A DNA stretch of 62,177 nucleotides, filler included, from Chiloscyllium plagiosum (taxonomy: Eukaryota): NCBI RefSeq assembly GCF_004010195.1. It is 4 parts of one record of this genome, joined end to end, with 100 filler letters (N's around TTAATTAATTAA, not from the genome) between each part and the next. Parts side by side here need not be neighbours in the genome. Positions count along the whole stretch, not along the records: positions 1 to 28,159 come from NC_057711.1; 3 more parts are not named here. One strand, 5' to 3'. The stretch's first letter is position 1, and every line of letters begins with the position of its first letter. The translations under genes were made by a program, and so were the position numbers. A model generated the notes under the pieces. That model did no database searches. It was not told where the DNA came from and worked only from the letters and a program-made list of their open reading frames with translations. Below are positions 13,799 through 27,387 of the stretch, one piece after another.

Positions 13799-15129
13799 GT
13801 GACTAGCTACAAGTCCTGTACATGTGGAGAATGCCCTGGATATGTGATACATGTTGCTGGTATGTGCCTTCTAAACCATATCCACCTGCTAAGCTCATCT
13901 GCCTCTTCTATCTTATGCCCTTTTTGCCAAATTCCAATTTATCTTAATTTTGAAGATGCTCAAATCAAAACCATAAACATCTTAACAATCCCTCCATGAC
14001 TTCATCCTTACCTACCGCTTCACAGCCCTGAATGCTAATGTGTTCTCTCTACCATAAGAAATCTAACTTCTTTACATTTTCTTTCACTTATCCTGGCCTT
14101 ACATTTAGGAATGTTGTCTTTCAATCTTGTTACCTCTCTTTCAAAAGTTTCCCCAATGTTTCTTCCATCTCCACTTAACATGTTTCTGGTTCTTGTGCTG
14201 TCTCATTATAAATATGCAAAAGGTTATTGGAGAAACTCTTGCATAAGCAACAAATGCTACTCCAGTATTGCACTACAATGGACATAATATGGATCGAACA
14301 AGATTATTAAAAGAATCTTTTCATTCACATCCATCTTAACATTAAAGCTATTAACTTTTCATGTTCAGATTCACTATTAACTATTCTAAATAAACCTGCT
14401 TCATTTGTATTACTATTTATTGAACTATTTTAACTACACAAGATCATTTTCATGCATACTTGTTTCTCTAAGCAAAGAAAGTCAATCAAATATTACAACA
14501 TGTTATAAGATGAATCATCACCACTACTCATCAGGTTGTATGTGCTGTCAGGTCTAGTGGTCACCATAATGTTGATTTGCTGCTACCATCCTCCTTTTAG
14601 GTTGGGATCTATAGAGCTTGCTTTATCTGATCTGGGAGAGGAAAATCACTTCATAATCTAGTGAGAAGAGACTCTTGTCTTAAACAAGTTGTAGTTTATT
14701 GCGTGACAGCAATTAGCTACAAGTTACATTGGTATGATAGACATTGCTACTGAGCCTATGAGAGATGGTGGGTCTCAATGGTGGGTCAGTATCTTTCACG
14801 TTCCAGAGCTGCTCCCCTCCCCCCCCCCCCATCTAAGTACATATGACTCATATTGAGTGGTGCTTAATGCACTCATCAGCATTAATCCTTTTACAACCGA
14901 ACACTTCATTCAACACACTACGTTCAGGCAGCATTTAGGGAACTCTTTAATCCGAGATACTCTTTTATGGCATTACTGCAAAGTAGGCCTACACCTTATT
15001 GCAATTAATTTTAGACTAGAGAATCTGCAGTGGAGCATTACTGCATCAAAAATACTACATCTCCCCATTAAAACACAGGAATGCAACAGGTGGTTTTGTT
15101 ATTTTTGGATCTTTCTCCATTAGCTTAAT

Positions 15130-16655
15130 TACTTGAGAAGATTCTGAGATAAGATATACATGCATTTCAAAGGTCCAGGTTTGATTAGGAGTAGTCAGCA
15201 TGGCTTTCTGCATGGGAGATCATGCCTCACAAATTTGTTAGAGTTCTTTGATGAAATGGCCAGGAAGGTTGACGATGATAGGGCAGTAGACATAGTGCAT
15301 ATGGATTTCAGTAAAGCCTTTGATACGGTTCCACATGGTACGCTGCTCTGGAAGGTTTAATCACATGGAATCCAGGGGGCGATGGCAAATTGGATACACA
15401 ATTGGCTTGATGGTAGGAAGCAGAAGGTAATAGTGGAAGGATGCTTGTCGGACTAGAGGCCTGTACAACTGGGGTGCCTCAGGGGTTGGTGCTGGGTCCA
15501 TTACTGTTCGTTAACTATATCAATGATTTGGATGAGAATGTACAAGGCATGATTACTAAGTTTACAGATGACACTAAAACAGGCAGTATTGTCGATAGTG
15601 AGGAAGGTTGTCAGCAATTGCAACAGGACCTTGATCAGCTGGGAAAGTGGGCCTAGAAATGGCAAATAGACTTTAACATAGATAAGGAGAAAGTGAGGAC
15701 TGCAGATGCTGGAGATCAGAGCTGAAAAATATGTTGCTGGAAAAGCGCAGCAGGTCAGGCAGCATCCAAGGAGCAGGAGAATCAATGTTTTGGGCATAAG
15801 CCCTTCTTCAGGAGCTGCGCTTTTCCAGCAACACATTTTTCAGCGGAAACATAGATAAGTGTGAGATCTTGCATTTTGGAAAATCAAATCAAGTAGGAGT
15901 TACATGGTGAATGGTAGGGAGTTAAGGAGTGTAGTGGAACAGTGAGAGCTTGGAGTTCAGGTGCACGGTTCTCTGAAAGTGGAGTCACAGGTAGACAGGG
16001 CAATGAAAAAGGCTTTTGGCACACTGGCCTTCATCAGTCAGGGCATTAAGTATAGAAGTTGGGAAGTTATGTTGCAGTTATACAGGACGTTGGTGAGGCT
16101 CCACTTGGAGTATTGCCTTCAGTTTTGGTCACCTTGCTATAGGAAGGATATTATTAAACTGGAAAAAGTGCAGAAGAAATTTACAAGCATGTTGCCAGGA
16201 CTCAACAGTCTGAAATATAGGGAGAGGTTAGACACGCTATGACTGTTTTCTTTAGTACATAAGAGATTGAGGGGGGTCTTATAGAAGTGTATAAGATTAT
16301 GAGAGGCATGGATAGGGTGAATGCACTTAGTCTTTTTCCCAGGATTGGAGAATCAAGGACAAGAAAGCATCAGTATAAGGTTAGAGGGGAAAAAAGTGAA
16401 AAAGAACCTGAGGGACAACCTTTTCACACAGAGGGTGGTACACAAATGGAATGAGCTGCCAGCAGAAATGGTTGAGGCAAGTATATTAAAACCATTTAAA
16501 AAGCATTTGGACAAATACATAGATAGAAAGGGTTTAGAAGGATATGAGCCAAGTGCAGGAAAATGGGGTTAGTGTTGATGGACATTTTGGTCGGTATGCA
16601 CCAGTTTGGGCCGAAGGGCCTGTCTCCATGCTGTAAGACTCTATGAGTATATGAG
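15130..16655 (+). mobile_element. HER1/CR1 LINE, 5'-truncated, with nested Penelope pLTR (15687-15847)
   Basis: SQHGFLHGRSCLTNLLEFFD, DFSKAFDTVPH, GVPQGLVLGPLLF, KFTDD and LEYCLQFWSP; stops and frameshifts. Confidence 0.9.
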
Positions 16656-16721
16656 CTTCACTCCCTGTTTGAAAGGCCAACTTCATCATATACTGAGAGA
16701 GACACCAGGCCATTAATATGC

Positions 16722-17464
16722 CTGCTCCTCATTAATGTAGGGTGATCCAACCAATATTGAAGGAGTGGAAACTCCCCCTCCAGTCTCCCCACCCTCCGCC
16801 ATATTTACACTGAAGCCCCAGACTCTACCTAGAAAGTACGTAAGAACAACATTGTCTCCACAACTGATAGAGGCTCTGACTGAATTATATGATCATCAGG
16901 CTAGAAATTGCCTTCAGCAGTGGTTTCTATACATGCTTATGTACAAAGAGGATGTCCTGCATCCAAGAGCAGCCAGCCAATCAAACGGATGGAATTTCTT
17001 CAATCCCAGCAGGGCTCATCTCATTATGCAACTTATCTTCCTCAGAGTAGGTCAAAGCTCTACTCTTTCCCATAGGATCTCAGATTAAGAGCCAGTTTCA
17101 TTGGCAACTCTTCTCGTATCAGTTACCCTGGTTCTAAAATCTCTGGACCTCTGTTTCAACATTGAAAAGGTTGTGGGCTAGTGTCAGATCTCCATGTGCT
17201 GACCATAACAATGATTAGCCAATCTGGAAAAGATTGGGGAAGTCAAGACTATGAAGCCCCATCAGCAACAGGCTGATCAACTATCCCTTCTGTCATGACT
17301 GCTATTGGATGAATGGATGAAACTACAGAGGCAAGCCAATTGTTCAAAGAACAACCACTAATTTATGTATTATGATCGCCATAAACCTGTCTTGGTCTCC
17401 TAGCAGTTGATATTGTGGGCGGTTTTCAGTATTGGTTGGATCACCCTACATTAATGAGGAGCAG
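16722..17464. repeat. 40-bp inverted repeat pair flanking a 663-bp spacer
   Basis: 16722-16761 CTGCTCCTCATTAATGTAGGGTGATCCAACCAATATTGAA versus the reverse complement of 17425-17464; 39/40 identical. Confidence 0.85.
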
Positions 17465-18231
17465 ACTTTCGCTTTGTGGCTACTCAAGTGTTACAAGGTC
17501 TGAAAATCAATAAAGCCTTAGATATTGAGAATTACATCAATGACCAGCAAGAGACGGAAACTTTACTTTGGCTCTAACAGCAGCTGATGAAACTGCGATG
17601 TGTTACAAGTACATTAAGCACAGGATGTTACAATATCTGATGTGTGCAGTTGCTGATGCCAAGGAAAGAAAACTTAGGAGGAAACCAGATCCTTTACAGC
17701 AGCTTTATGGGTCCCAATGGAGGATCTTGGCTCTTAATGAAAGACAAATCAGACATAGTTTTAGAGTAAGCACATGCTGACTTCAGGAGGTTTTGGAATC
17801 ATAGTAATTTGCAGTCAGAAGAACTCACAGGCATCTTTGAACCTGCCAATATTCCTTTAGTAATGTATTGTTGGCTCTTTCTCATCTCCGGCTGCAGATT
17901 TCTCCAGTATCAGCTGTTGTTATATTCATCAAGTTAAGGATGTTCTGTTTAAACAATTACACTTCATTTGTTGGAAAATAAATTGAAATAGGCAATGGTG
18001 TCTATTGTTATTGAGGTATAAAACATTTTGTTGGTAATATGGAACCTGTTGTGAATTTGCCACAAGTTCAAAAAATGGAAGGAGAATTTACCAGCCCTAC
18101 CATTATCCTTGGCACTATATACAATTTTGGGGTGCCAGGGTCAGTACAGTAGTTACCTTGAATTTGCTGATGAGCAGTGGCCAGAAAGCCCTAAGATTTG
18201 GCCATACAGTTGAGAGAAAAGAATAAGCAAC

Positions 18232-18775
18232 ATATTTTGGAATACTGTGTGCAATTCTGGTCTCCCTGCTAAAGGAAGGATGCTGTGAAACTTGAAAGGG
18301 TTCAGAAAAGACTTACAAGGATGTTACCTCGTTTGGAGAGTTTGAGCAATAGGGAGAGGCTGAATATGCTGGGGCTATTTTCCCTGATGCATTAGAGGCT
18401 GAGGGATAACCTTATAGAAGTTTATAAAATCACAATGGGCATAGATAGGGTGGATAGCCAAGATCTTTTTCGCCAGGGTAGCAGAGTCCAAAACTAGAGG
18501 ACTTAGGTTTAAGGTCAGAGGGGAAGCATTTAAAAGGAGCTAAGGGGCAACATCTTCATGCAGAGAGGGGTGAACGTATGGAATGAGCTGCCAGAGGAAG
18601 CTGTGGAGGCTGGTACGATTACAACATTTAAAAGGCTTCTGGATGGTTACATGAATAGGGAAGATCTGGGCCAAATGCTGACAAATGGGATTAATTTAGG
18701 ATATCTGGGTCAGCATGGACAAGTTGGACCAAAAGGTCTGTTTCCGTGCTGTACATCTCTATGACTGTGTGACTG
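18232..18775 (+). mobile_element. HER1/CR1 LINE 3' fragment
   Basis: LEYCVQFWSP, VNVWNELPEE and the CR1 tail. Confidence 0.85.
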
Positions 18776-19539
18776 TTGCCGTGATGTTATTTTTTTATTG
18801 AGTCCTTTGGCCTTACTGAGATGAGTGTTGGAGAAGGTAATAGTTCTGAAAGAGTAATTGATGGAGATTGTATTAAGCACCACCCAAACTGACAATGTCA
18901 TACTGGCTTCACTGGGGATGAAGCAGATCATCTCGGGACCTCTGGAGTACAGTTCTATTTAAGTCTCCTTGTCGTCTTAGTAACACCTATAGGGGAATCT
19001 TATGTGGACTATGATCACATGAGATATCCAGAGAAACCTAACCTGATGGCTGGAGGAACTCAGTGATGTTGGGCATCAAGAAGAGTTTCTCATTAGATTA
19101 ATGGCAATTACTGCTTGTTAACAACATAATTAACTTCAAATCTCACCTTATTAATGTGCATCTTCCTCTCTTACTGAAACCAACAGAAAACTAGACACCA
19201 AAATTTTCGATATAGAAGTCAGAGTGGGCATCTTATCTTCATCTCCCTGCCGACTGCAAGGAACCTCCATGTAGCTATGCACAAAGCAGCATCTCAGGGC
19301 ATGATTCCTGGACTCCAAATGCACCCAGTCCTCATTCATAGACATTTTGTAAACGTCTCAGGATCCTCATTGCAACTCTCTGGTCCACTTGCAGGATCTC
19401 AGTGAGCACAGGCCCATTTTGCAGAGCGCAACAGCAGATGGAATTGAAAGGCTGCTGGAAGGATATTTTGCAAAAAATAATTAGGCATCAAGCACTCAGA
19501 TTGGATCAGATATCATCTCAGAGATGCTCACTTTTTCTC

Positions 19540-20240
19540 TTAGTTATGAAATAGGACCACTTGCATGCCAAACAACAAAGCAGTAAGCGATAGACTGAGT
19601 TAAGCAATTCAACAACCAATGGATCTGAACTATGCATTTGGCTGAGTGTAGCATCAAAGAGCTCTCGCAAAACTAGAGTCAACGGGAATCAAAGGGAACA
19701 TTCTCCACTGGTGGATTCATACAAAGGAAGATGGAGGTCAGTCATTCCAGCTCCAGGGCACCTCAGCAGGAGTTACTCAGGGTAGTATCCGAGACGTAAC
19801 CACCTAGAGCTGTTTCATCAACAATCTTCCCTCCATCATAGTCAAAATGGTCACTGATGTTCAGCACCATTCATGACTCCGCAGATATTGAAGCAATCCA
19901 TGTCCAAATGTAGCAAGACCTGGCCAACATCTAAGGTTGGGCTGAAAAGTGGAAAGTAAGTCGTCATATGAATGCCAGGCAATGGTCATCTCCAATGAGA
20001 CACAATCTAACCATCACCCCATCAATGACATCTCCATCATTGAATCATTATTATCAACATCTTAGGAGTTACTATTGGCCAGTAACTGAACTTAATCAGC
20101 CACACAAATACCCTGGCCACAAGAGCAGATCAGAGGCTAGGAATCCTGAAGTGAGTAATTCATCTCCTTTGCCTAAGGAGACAAGTCAGGACTGTGATGG
20201 AATACTCCCCACTTCCTTGAATAAGTGCTTCCAGCTCCAG
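19540..20240 (+). mobile_element. Second CR1/Jockey-group LINE family fragment
   Basis: Shares caagtcagga.tgtgatggaatactccccactt and RT-region motifs with 43200-44000. Confidence 0.6.
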
Positions 20241-20959
20241 GAATGGCAATGGTAAAAGTGGGTGGAAATGCGGTGTAATTTTCGCTGCAAGGGCTAAACA
20301 CTAATTGAAGCAGCAAATTTAGTAAGAAATGATAGGAAAATCCACTTGGCGTTATGACGAGAAGCAAGCCATCAAACTCATCATGACTCACACTGTGCCA
20401 AAATGTCATCAGGTTCAGCCAAAAATATTTGTTTCCATTCTCTGCCATTTCCTACTATAAATCCCTTGATTTTGCTTGTAGTTTTTCCAATTTAATTTTT
20501 GTAAAGCCTTGCCTTCTTACATAGCCTTAGAGGGGGTACCTGATTCACAAACGTCCAAATTATGAACACTCATGCTTGCAAATGTGCAGCTGTACATACG
20601 AGTGTTTCCTGTACTTGTAACTGGCTACTTGATATTGTCCTGCATTGTGTTCTTGCTTGCGTAAAAATCCAGTTGTGAGCTGAAGGATCACTGGACCAAA
20701 AATGTTAACTCTGTTTTCTCTCCACAGACGCTATCAGACCTGCTGAGTTTCCCCAGTAATTTCTGTTTTTGTTTCAGATCTTCAGAATCCGTAGTTCTTC
20801 GTTTTATTATCGTGAAATGATATCATTTGTGGTCACTCTTTTCTAAAGATTGCCGGTATAACAAAATTATTAATTACTCCATTTTCATTGCATAACACTC
20901 GCACTAAAATAGTCCATTCCTCCGTGTTCGTAATGCATCTATTATCTACTTTATATTTA

Positions 20960-22320
20960 CTCATGCCATGTGGGCATCACTGACTATCCAGCATTATTGC
21001 CTGTCCCTAGCTGTCCTTCAGAAAATAGTTCTGAGCTGCCTTCTTATACCGCTGCAGTCTACATGCTGTTAGATAGATCCACAATCCCCTTAGGGAAGGA
21101 ATTCCCAGATTTTGACCTAGCAAGAGTGAAGGAACAGTGAGATATTTCCATATCAGGATGGTAAATGACCTGGGGGGAGCTTGTAAGTGGTGATGTCTCC
21201 ACGTATCTACTAATTTGTTCTTCTATTTCTCCATTTACATGATGAAGCCTTTGCTGGCTAGGCCAGCATTTATTGTCCTAATTGCCCAGAGGGCAGTTAA
21301 GAGTCCACCACACTGTTGTGGGTCTGGAATCACATTAGGCCAGAGAGTTAAGGACATTGGTGAACCAGAAGAGTTTTTCTAATAGTCAGCAATGGATTCA
21401 TAGTCGCCATTGGTCTCTTAATTCCAGATATTTATTGAATTCAAATTCCATCATTTGTCATGGTGGGATTCAAACCCTGGTGCCCAGAACATTACTTGGG
21501 TTTCTGGATTAGCAATCCAGCAAAGATACCACGAGGCTATTGCCTTCCCATATGACCCAGTGGTCATAGGTTTGTAAGATGCTGTCTAAAGATCTTTGGT
21601 GAATTTCTGCACTGCTACTTCTGAGTGTCAATGGTGGAGTGAATGGCTATTTGTGGATGGTCTCAAACTTCTTGAATGTTGGTGTTGTACTCAGCCAGTG
21701 GCAAGTGGGGAATATTCCATCACACTCCTGACTTTGTAGAATCCCTATAGTATGGAAGCAGGTCATTCGCCCCAACAAGTCCACGTTGACCGTCCGAAGA
21801 GCATCCCACCCCTGTACACTATTCATGAAACCTTGCATTTCCCATGGCTAACCCACCTAACCTGCACTTCGCTGGATACAATGGGCAATTTAGCATCACC
21901 AATCTACTAACCTTTAAATTTTTGGACTGTGAGGGGAAACCACTGCACCCAGAGGAAACTCAGCAGATAGGGGGATAATATGCAAACTCCATACGGACTG
22001 TATGTAATTGGCATTGTGAGGCAGCAACGTTAACCACTGTATCATTGTGCTGCCACAACTTGTGACTTGTAGATGGTGGACAGACTTTGGGGAGTCAATA
22101 GGTGAGTTACTCGCCATGGTATTCCTAGCCTCAGACCTGCTCTTGTAGCCATTGTATTTATATGGTAAGCCCAGTTGAGTTTCTGGTCAACAATAACCTC
22201 AGGATGTTGATAGTAGGGAATTCAGTGAAGGAAAAACCATTGAATGTCAAGGAACAGTGTTTAGATTGTATCTTATTGGAGATGATCATTGACTGACATT
22301 TGTGTGATGCAAATGTTACT
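20960..22320 (-). mobile_element. Second LINE family 3' part with nested SINEs (HE1 about 21743-22057)
   Basis: Reverse complement of the 43200-44000 block, split by two SINE insertions. Confidence 0.65.
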
Positions 22321-23309
22321 TGCTTTCTCTTGTTATATTCTACACCTTTTTCTTTCAACACTGTGTGAAGCAGTTTATCAGATCCAGGAGATTTGTCCAC
22401 TTTAAATCTCATTAACTTCCCATTAACTATTATACTAATATTAATATCTTTCTGTCCTCAGTTTACACAAGTCCCTAGATTCCCCATTATTTCTGAAAGG
22501 CTTTTTTTGTATTTTCTTCCACAAAGATAAAGACATAAAACATTTGCATTGCTCCTCTACCATTTCCTTATTCCCTATAATCTAGAAATTAGATTATCCC
22601 CGTTGTTTTGCATATATTCTAAGAATCCATCCTCTACGACATCAGTACTAATTAGTTTTATCCAATCTACATGAAGTGCCCCATGATTACTGTACGATCC
22701 TTGTTATATGCACCTCTAATCTGCTGATTAATACTGTGATTTACATTTAACATGGCAGTTTGGGGTCTATAAACAACACCAACCAAAGATTTCTACCCCT
22801 TGTCATTTTTTAGTTTCACCTAAAGAATTCTTGAACTTTAAACTATGGTCATCTTTCACTACTGTATTAATGCCTCTTTATTTAATAGAGCTACTCCACC
22901 AACTTTTCCCAGCTGCTAGTCCTTCTTGAATGTCATGTATCTTTGAATATTCAGATCCCAGCTTTGGTTTCCCTGTAGCCATGTCTCTGTAATGGTTTTC
23001 TAGTCATACATGTAAGCTATTTCAGTTCACAATTCATCAGCTTATTGCAAATGCAGTAGGTGTTTAAATACAAAACACTTAATTCATTTTTAATAACTGT
23101 TAACTTTGGCCTTTTCTCTGTTGCAATCCAAAGTTTGCGATCACTAACTTGATCTATTGCTTTTTTATTTACTTTTAATTCATTTACTTCTTGCCATTTC
23201 CCTTTAAATTACTCAATATTTCCAAGGCACTATATTAATGCAAGCTGTTGCTGGTATTGTAGCTTTTCTTTTCATATGCATTAAATTATCTCCAGTGTTT
23301 CACAGGATA

Positions 23310-24000
23310 TAGTCAGAGTCATATAGCATGAAACCAGACCCTTCAGTCCAACCACTCCATGTCGACCGTGTTCCCAAACTAAACTAGTCCCACCTGACTG
23401 CACTTGGTCCATATCCCTCTAAAGCTTTTATATTCATGAACTTATCCAAATGTCTTTTAAATGTTGTAAATCCACCAACATCCACTACTTTCTCTAGCAG
23501 TTCATTCCACATATGAACCACTCTTTGTGTAAAAAGGTTGCTGCTCATGTCCTTTATAAATTTTTCTCCTCACATCTTAAAAATATGTCCCCTAGTTTTG
23601 AGCTGCCCCATTCAAGGGAAAAGATTCTTGTCATTCACCTTATCTAAGCCCCTCATTATTTTATAAACCTCAATAAGATCACCCTTCAACCTCCTACACT
23701 CCAGTGACAAATGTCTCAGCTTTTCCAATCTATGTTTACATCTCAAAGCCTGCATTCCTGGCAAGATCCTGGTAAATCTTATCTAAATCATCTGTAGCTA
23801 AATAATATCCTTCCTAAAACATGGTGACCAGAATTGGGCACAGTACTCCAGAACGGCCCAACTCCAACACTCAAAGGTCTGAGCAATGAAGACAAGTGTG
23901 CTAAATGTCTTCTTAACCACTCTGTCAGTCTGTGGTACGAATTTCCAAGAATTAGGTATCTGAACCCTTAGGTCTCTCTGTTCAACTACACTCTGCAGGC
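23310..24000 (-). mobile_element. HER1/CR1 LINE 3' fragment
   Basis: VLEYCAQFWSPCFRKDI and the CR1 tail. Confidence 0.82.
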
Positions 24001-25859
24001 ACTTAGTCCTTAGCACCTTTCTCATTTTATATTTTGCTGTAATTCATAAACACAGAGTCAGGTTCAAAATGCACGTTGATAAGACTTGCTTTTCCCTTTC
24101 TGTCACTGCTGTCAATTTCATGACTGTTCCTTGCCTGCCTGAGTGTCCTTTCTTCCCACTTAGAAGTACTTTCTAAAACATATTTTATATATATGTTTAT
24201 AAATACCATTTTTACTCTGCACTTGGAAGGTCATGAATGTTGTTGCAAAGTTGCATCATCGACCAGCACATTATCAGTCCACCTCTGCCTCTCTACCACA
24301 TTAAAATGCTGTGTGGGTGTTTGTTCTCTCATTGGCTGATTTGATGTAGGTGCAAAGAACAACAGCCGCAACCATAGGAAATATTTCCAGCTATTATTAA
24401 CAAAATTCTTATTCAGGGACCTTTCAAGTGAAAGAGATACTGGGACCTATTTTCAGACTTTTCAAGCATAAAGACACTTCTGACAGGTTTGAGGTTACTA
24501 AAGAATTGTTTTTCACTTCCACTAAATCTGATCTTTCTGAACATATGGAAATATAGTGCTCGATTACATCTCAAAACACTTTGCAACCCATACATTGCAA
24601 ACAAGGGAGCCAAGTTGAACACTATAATGCCCCATAGACTGGAGATCAGATAAGTGAACATTTAAAACTATTTATTTAGTATATTAGTTGACCTCAGCAA
24701 ATGAAGTGACTCCTTCTGTTAGTGGTGGACATGTAAGTTAGCACAGATTGAGAAACTTGTCTTCAGATGGAACAAACAATGCTATAACTATAAAGAGATG
24801 GGTGATTTGTTTTTTCCAAATCACAAGAACCCCGAGATGATTTGAATTGTTATGACCCCACACAAGAGTATAAATTTAGGTTACAATCTGTCGAGAGACC
24901 AGGAACCGTTTATACTAAGTTACACAAAAGTGGGAGATCCAGGAACTTATTCAAAGAATTAACCTAAAACATTTGATGGTTTTGGACTTTACAATGCCAC
25001 ATATGAACATCAATACAATCCATTATAACTACACTCATATTCTAACCCACTAAGGAGTAACCTGAGGCAAATTTGGATAACAGCCACATTGTGCTCAAAC
25101 ACCATCCCAGGTCACAAGAGCAGATAAAATAGCAAATGCAGTGATGTCAATTCCAACAGATTTGTCACCAAAACTCTTCACATTCATGACACTATGAATC
25201 ACCAAATCTCATTAAAAATTTACAAGGAATTCCAATTTCTTCTGTTGCACAAGCCTAGCTTTTGAACTGTTTCACATTCACTGTCTCACTGTCTCAATGA
25301 TGGCTCATATTCTGGTAGTTCACATCACAATTTCCACATATTTCTTTTTTGCTTTGTTGAGGGGGCTAAATTTCAGGAGAATTTCTATTATTGCCAGCTT
25401 CAAAGGTTTTGCTCTTGCCTGTCAGTTGGTGTCTGATATATAAATCCCAGTCCTGAATTCGCCAGTGTTTGATGTTAATGCCTTTTTTAAAGGCATTTAT
25501 TAGCATGAAACATGCAGCTACAAGTAACTCCAGACACATCACTGGCACTGGCTTATGCAATGCTTTCAGAAGTTTCATATTTGTCCAATTATGAGGAAGA
25601 CTGCAACAAAATATGGGAGACATTAACAAATTTGTAGGATGGGCAAATAATCGGCAAATGAAGTTCAACACAGATAAAAATGAGATGATACATATTGATA
25701 GTAAGAAGTGAGGTCATTCATTGCCTGCAAAGTACAAGTCTAGATGGGAGAAAGGAGTGAACACATTCCTATATGCAAATACACCAATCACTAAACGTTT
25801 TGCCACAAGTTAGAAGACCCAGACCAAAAACAGGATAAATCAAGCACAAGACTTTACTG

Positions 25860-26760
25860 AGAGTCATAAAGTCATAGAGCTGTACAGTATGGAAACAGAC
25901 CCTTTGGCAAACTCGTCCATGCCAACCAGATATCCTAAATTAATCTAGGCCCCTTTGCCAGCATTTGGCCCATATCCCTCTGAATCCTTCCCATTCATAT
26001 AGCCATCTAGATACTTTTTAAATGTTATAATTGCATCAGCCTCTACCATTCCCTCAGGCAGCTCATTCCATACACACATCACCCTCTGTGTGAAAACGTT
26101 GCCCCTTAGGTCCCTTTTGAATCTTTTCTCTCTCACCTTAAATCTATGCCCTCTAGTTTTGGACTCCACCAGTCTGAGATAAAAAGACCTCGGCTGCTCA
26201 CCCTATCTATGCCCCTCATGGTTTTATAAACTTCTATAATGTCACCCCTCAGCCTCCGACACTCCAGGGAAAATAGCCACAGCCTATTTAGCCTCTCCCA
26301 ATAGTTCAAATCCTCTATCCCTGGCAACATCCTTGTAAATCATTTCTGAATCCTTTCTAGTTTCACAATATGTTTCCCATAGGAGGGAGACCAGAATTGC
26401 AAACAGTATTCCAAAAGTGGCCTAACCAATATCCTGTATAGCTGCAACATGACCTCCTAACTACTATACTCAATGCTCTGACCAATAAAGGAAAGCATAC
26501 CAAACACCTTCTTCACTATCCTATCTACCTGCAATTCCACTTTCAAGGAACTATGAACCTGCACTCCAAGGTTTCTTTGTTTAGCAACACTCCCCAGGAC
26601 CTTCCCATTAAGTGTATAAGTCCTGCCCTGATTTGCCTTTCCAAAATGCATCACCTCACATTTATCTAAATTAAACTCCATTTGCCACTCCTCAGCCCAC
26701 CTACCCATCTGCTCAAGGTCTGGTAGTACACTATGATAATCTTCTTGGCTATCCACTACT
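25860..26760 (-). mobile_element. HER1/CR1 LINE 3' fragment
   Basis: WQMEFNLDKCEVMHFG, NVFTQRVMCVWNELP and tail. Confidence 0.87.
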
Positions 26761-26799
26761 CCGTGGCAATAGAATTGAAAAATAGGAAAATTATGTTAA

Positions 26800-27090
26800 T
26801 CCTAAAATCCCATCGTGGAAACAGGCTATTCAGCCCAACAAGTCCGCACTAACTCTCCGAAGAGCATTCCACACTGACTTGGCTAATCCACCTAGCCTAC
26901 ACCTCCCTGGAAACTACAGGTAACTTAGCATGGCCAATCCACAAAATCTGCACATCTTTGGACCGTGGAGGAAACCAGAGCTCCCGGAGAAAACACATGC
27001 AGGCGCAGGGAGAACAGTTGCCCAAGGCTGGAACTGAACCTGGGTCCCTGGTGCTGACAGACAGCAGTGCTAATCATTGAGCCACTCTGT
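26800..27090 (-). mobile_element. HE1-type SINE
   Basis: Reverse complement of the 760-1088 pattern. Confidence 0.75.
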
Positions 27091-27387
27091 TATGTATTGA
27101 ACTTTGATTAGACCATCCTATGATCCCAGTTGATATAATACTGGACAGGGTTAGGTTCCAGATTAAATCTGCCTTGATAAATCAGAAGATTAACTTTTGC
27201 AGATGGTACTGTAGTGGTTAGTCACTGAACCTATTCAACCAGTGGCTGCCAATGGTTTTTAACAATAAAAAAAAGTTTGTTATACAATAAAAGAAAAAAG
27301 AAAAACTATCCACATAATGACACTTTAGAAAGAACTTAACATAAAAGCAAACTAAGTTTCAATCTTTTTCCAAATATTATCCTTTAC

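Noticed and set aside
20392..20451. Minus-strand exon-like EMAENGNKYFWLNLMTFWHS with gtgagt donor
   Set aside because: Resembles decayed CR1 ORF2 (EMAE..NKYF) and has a poor acceptor.
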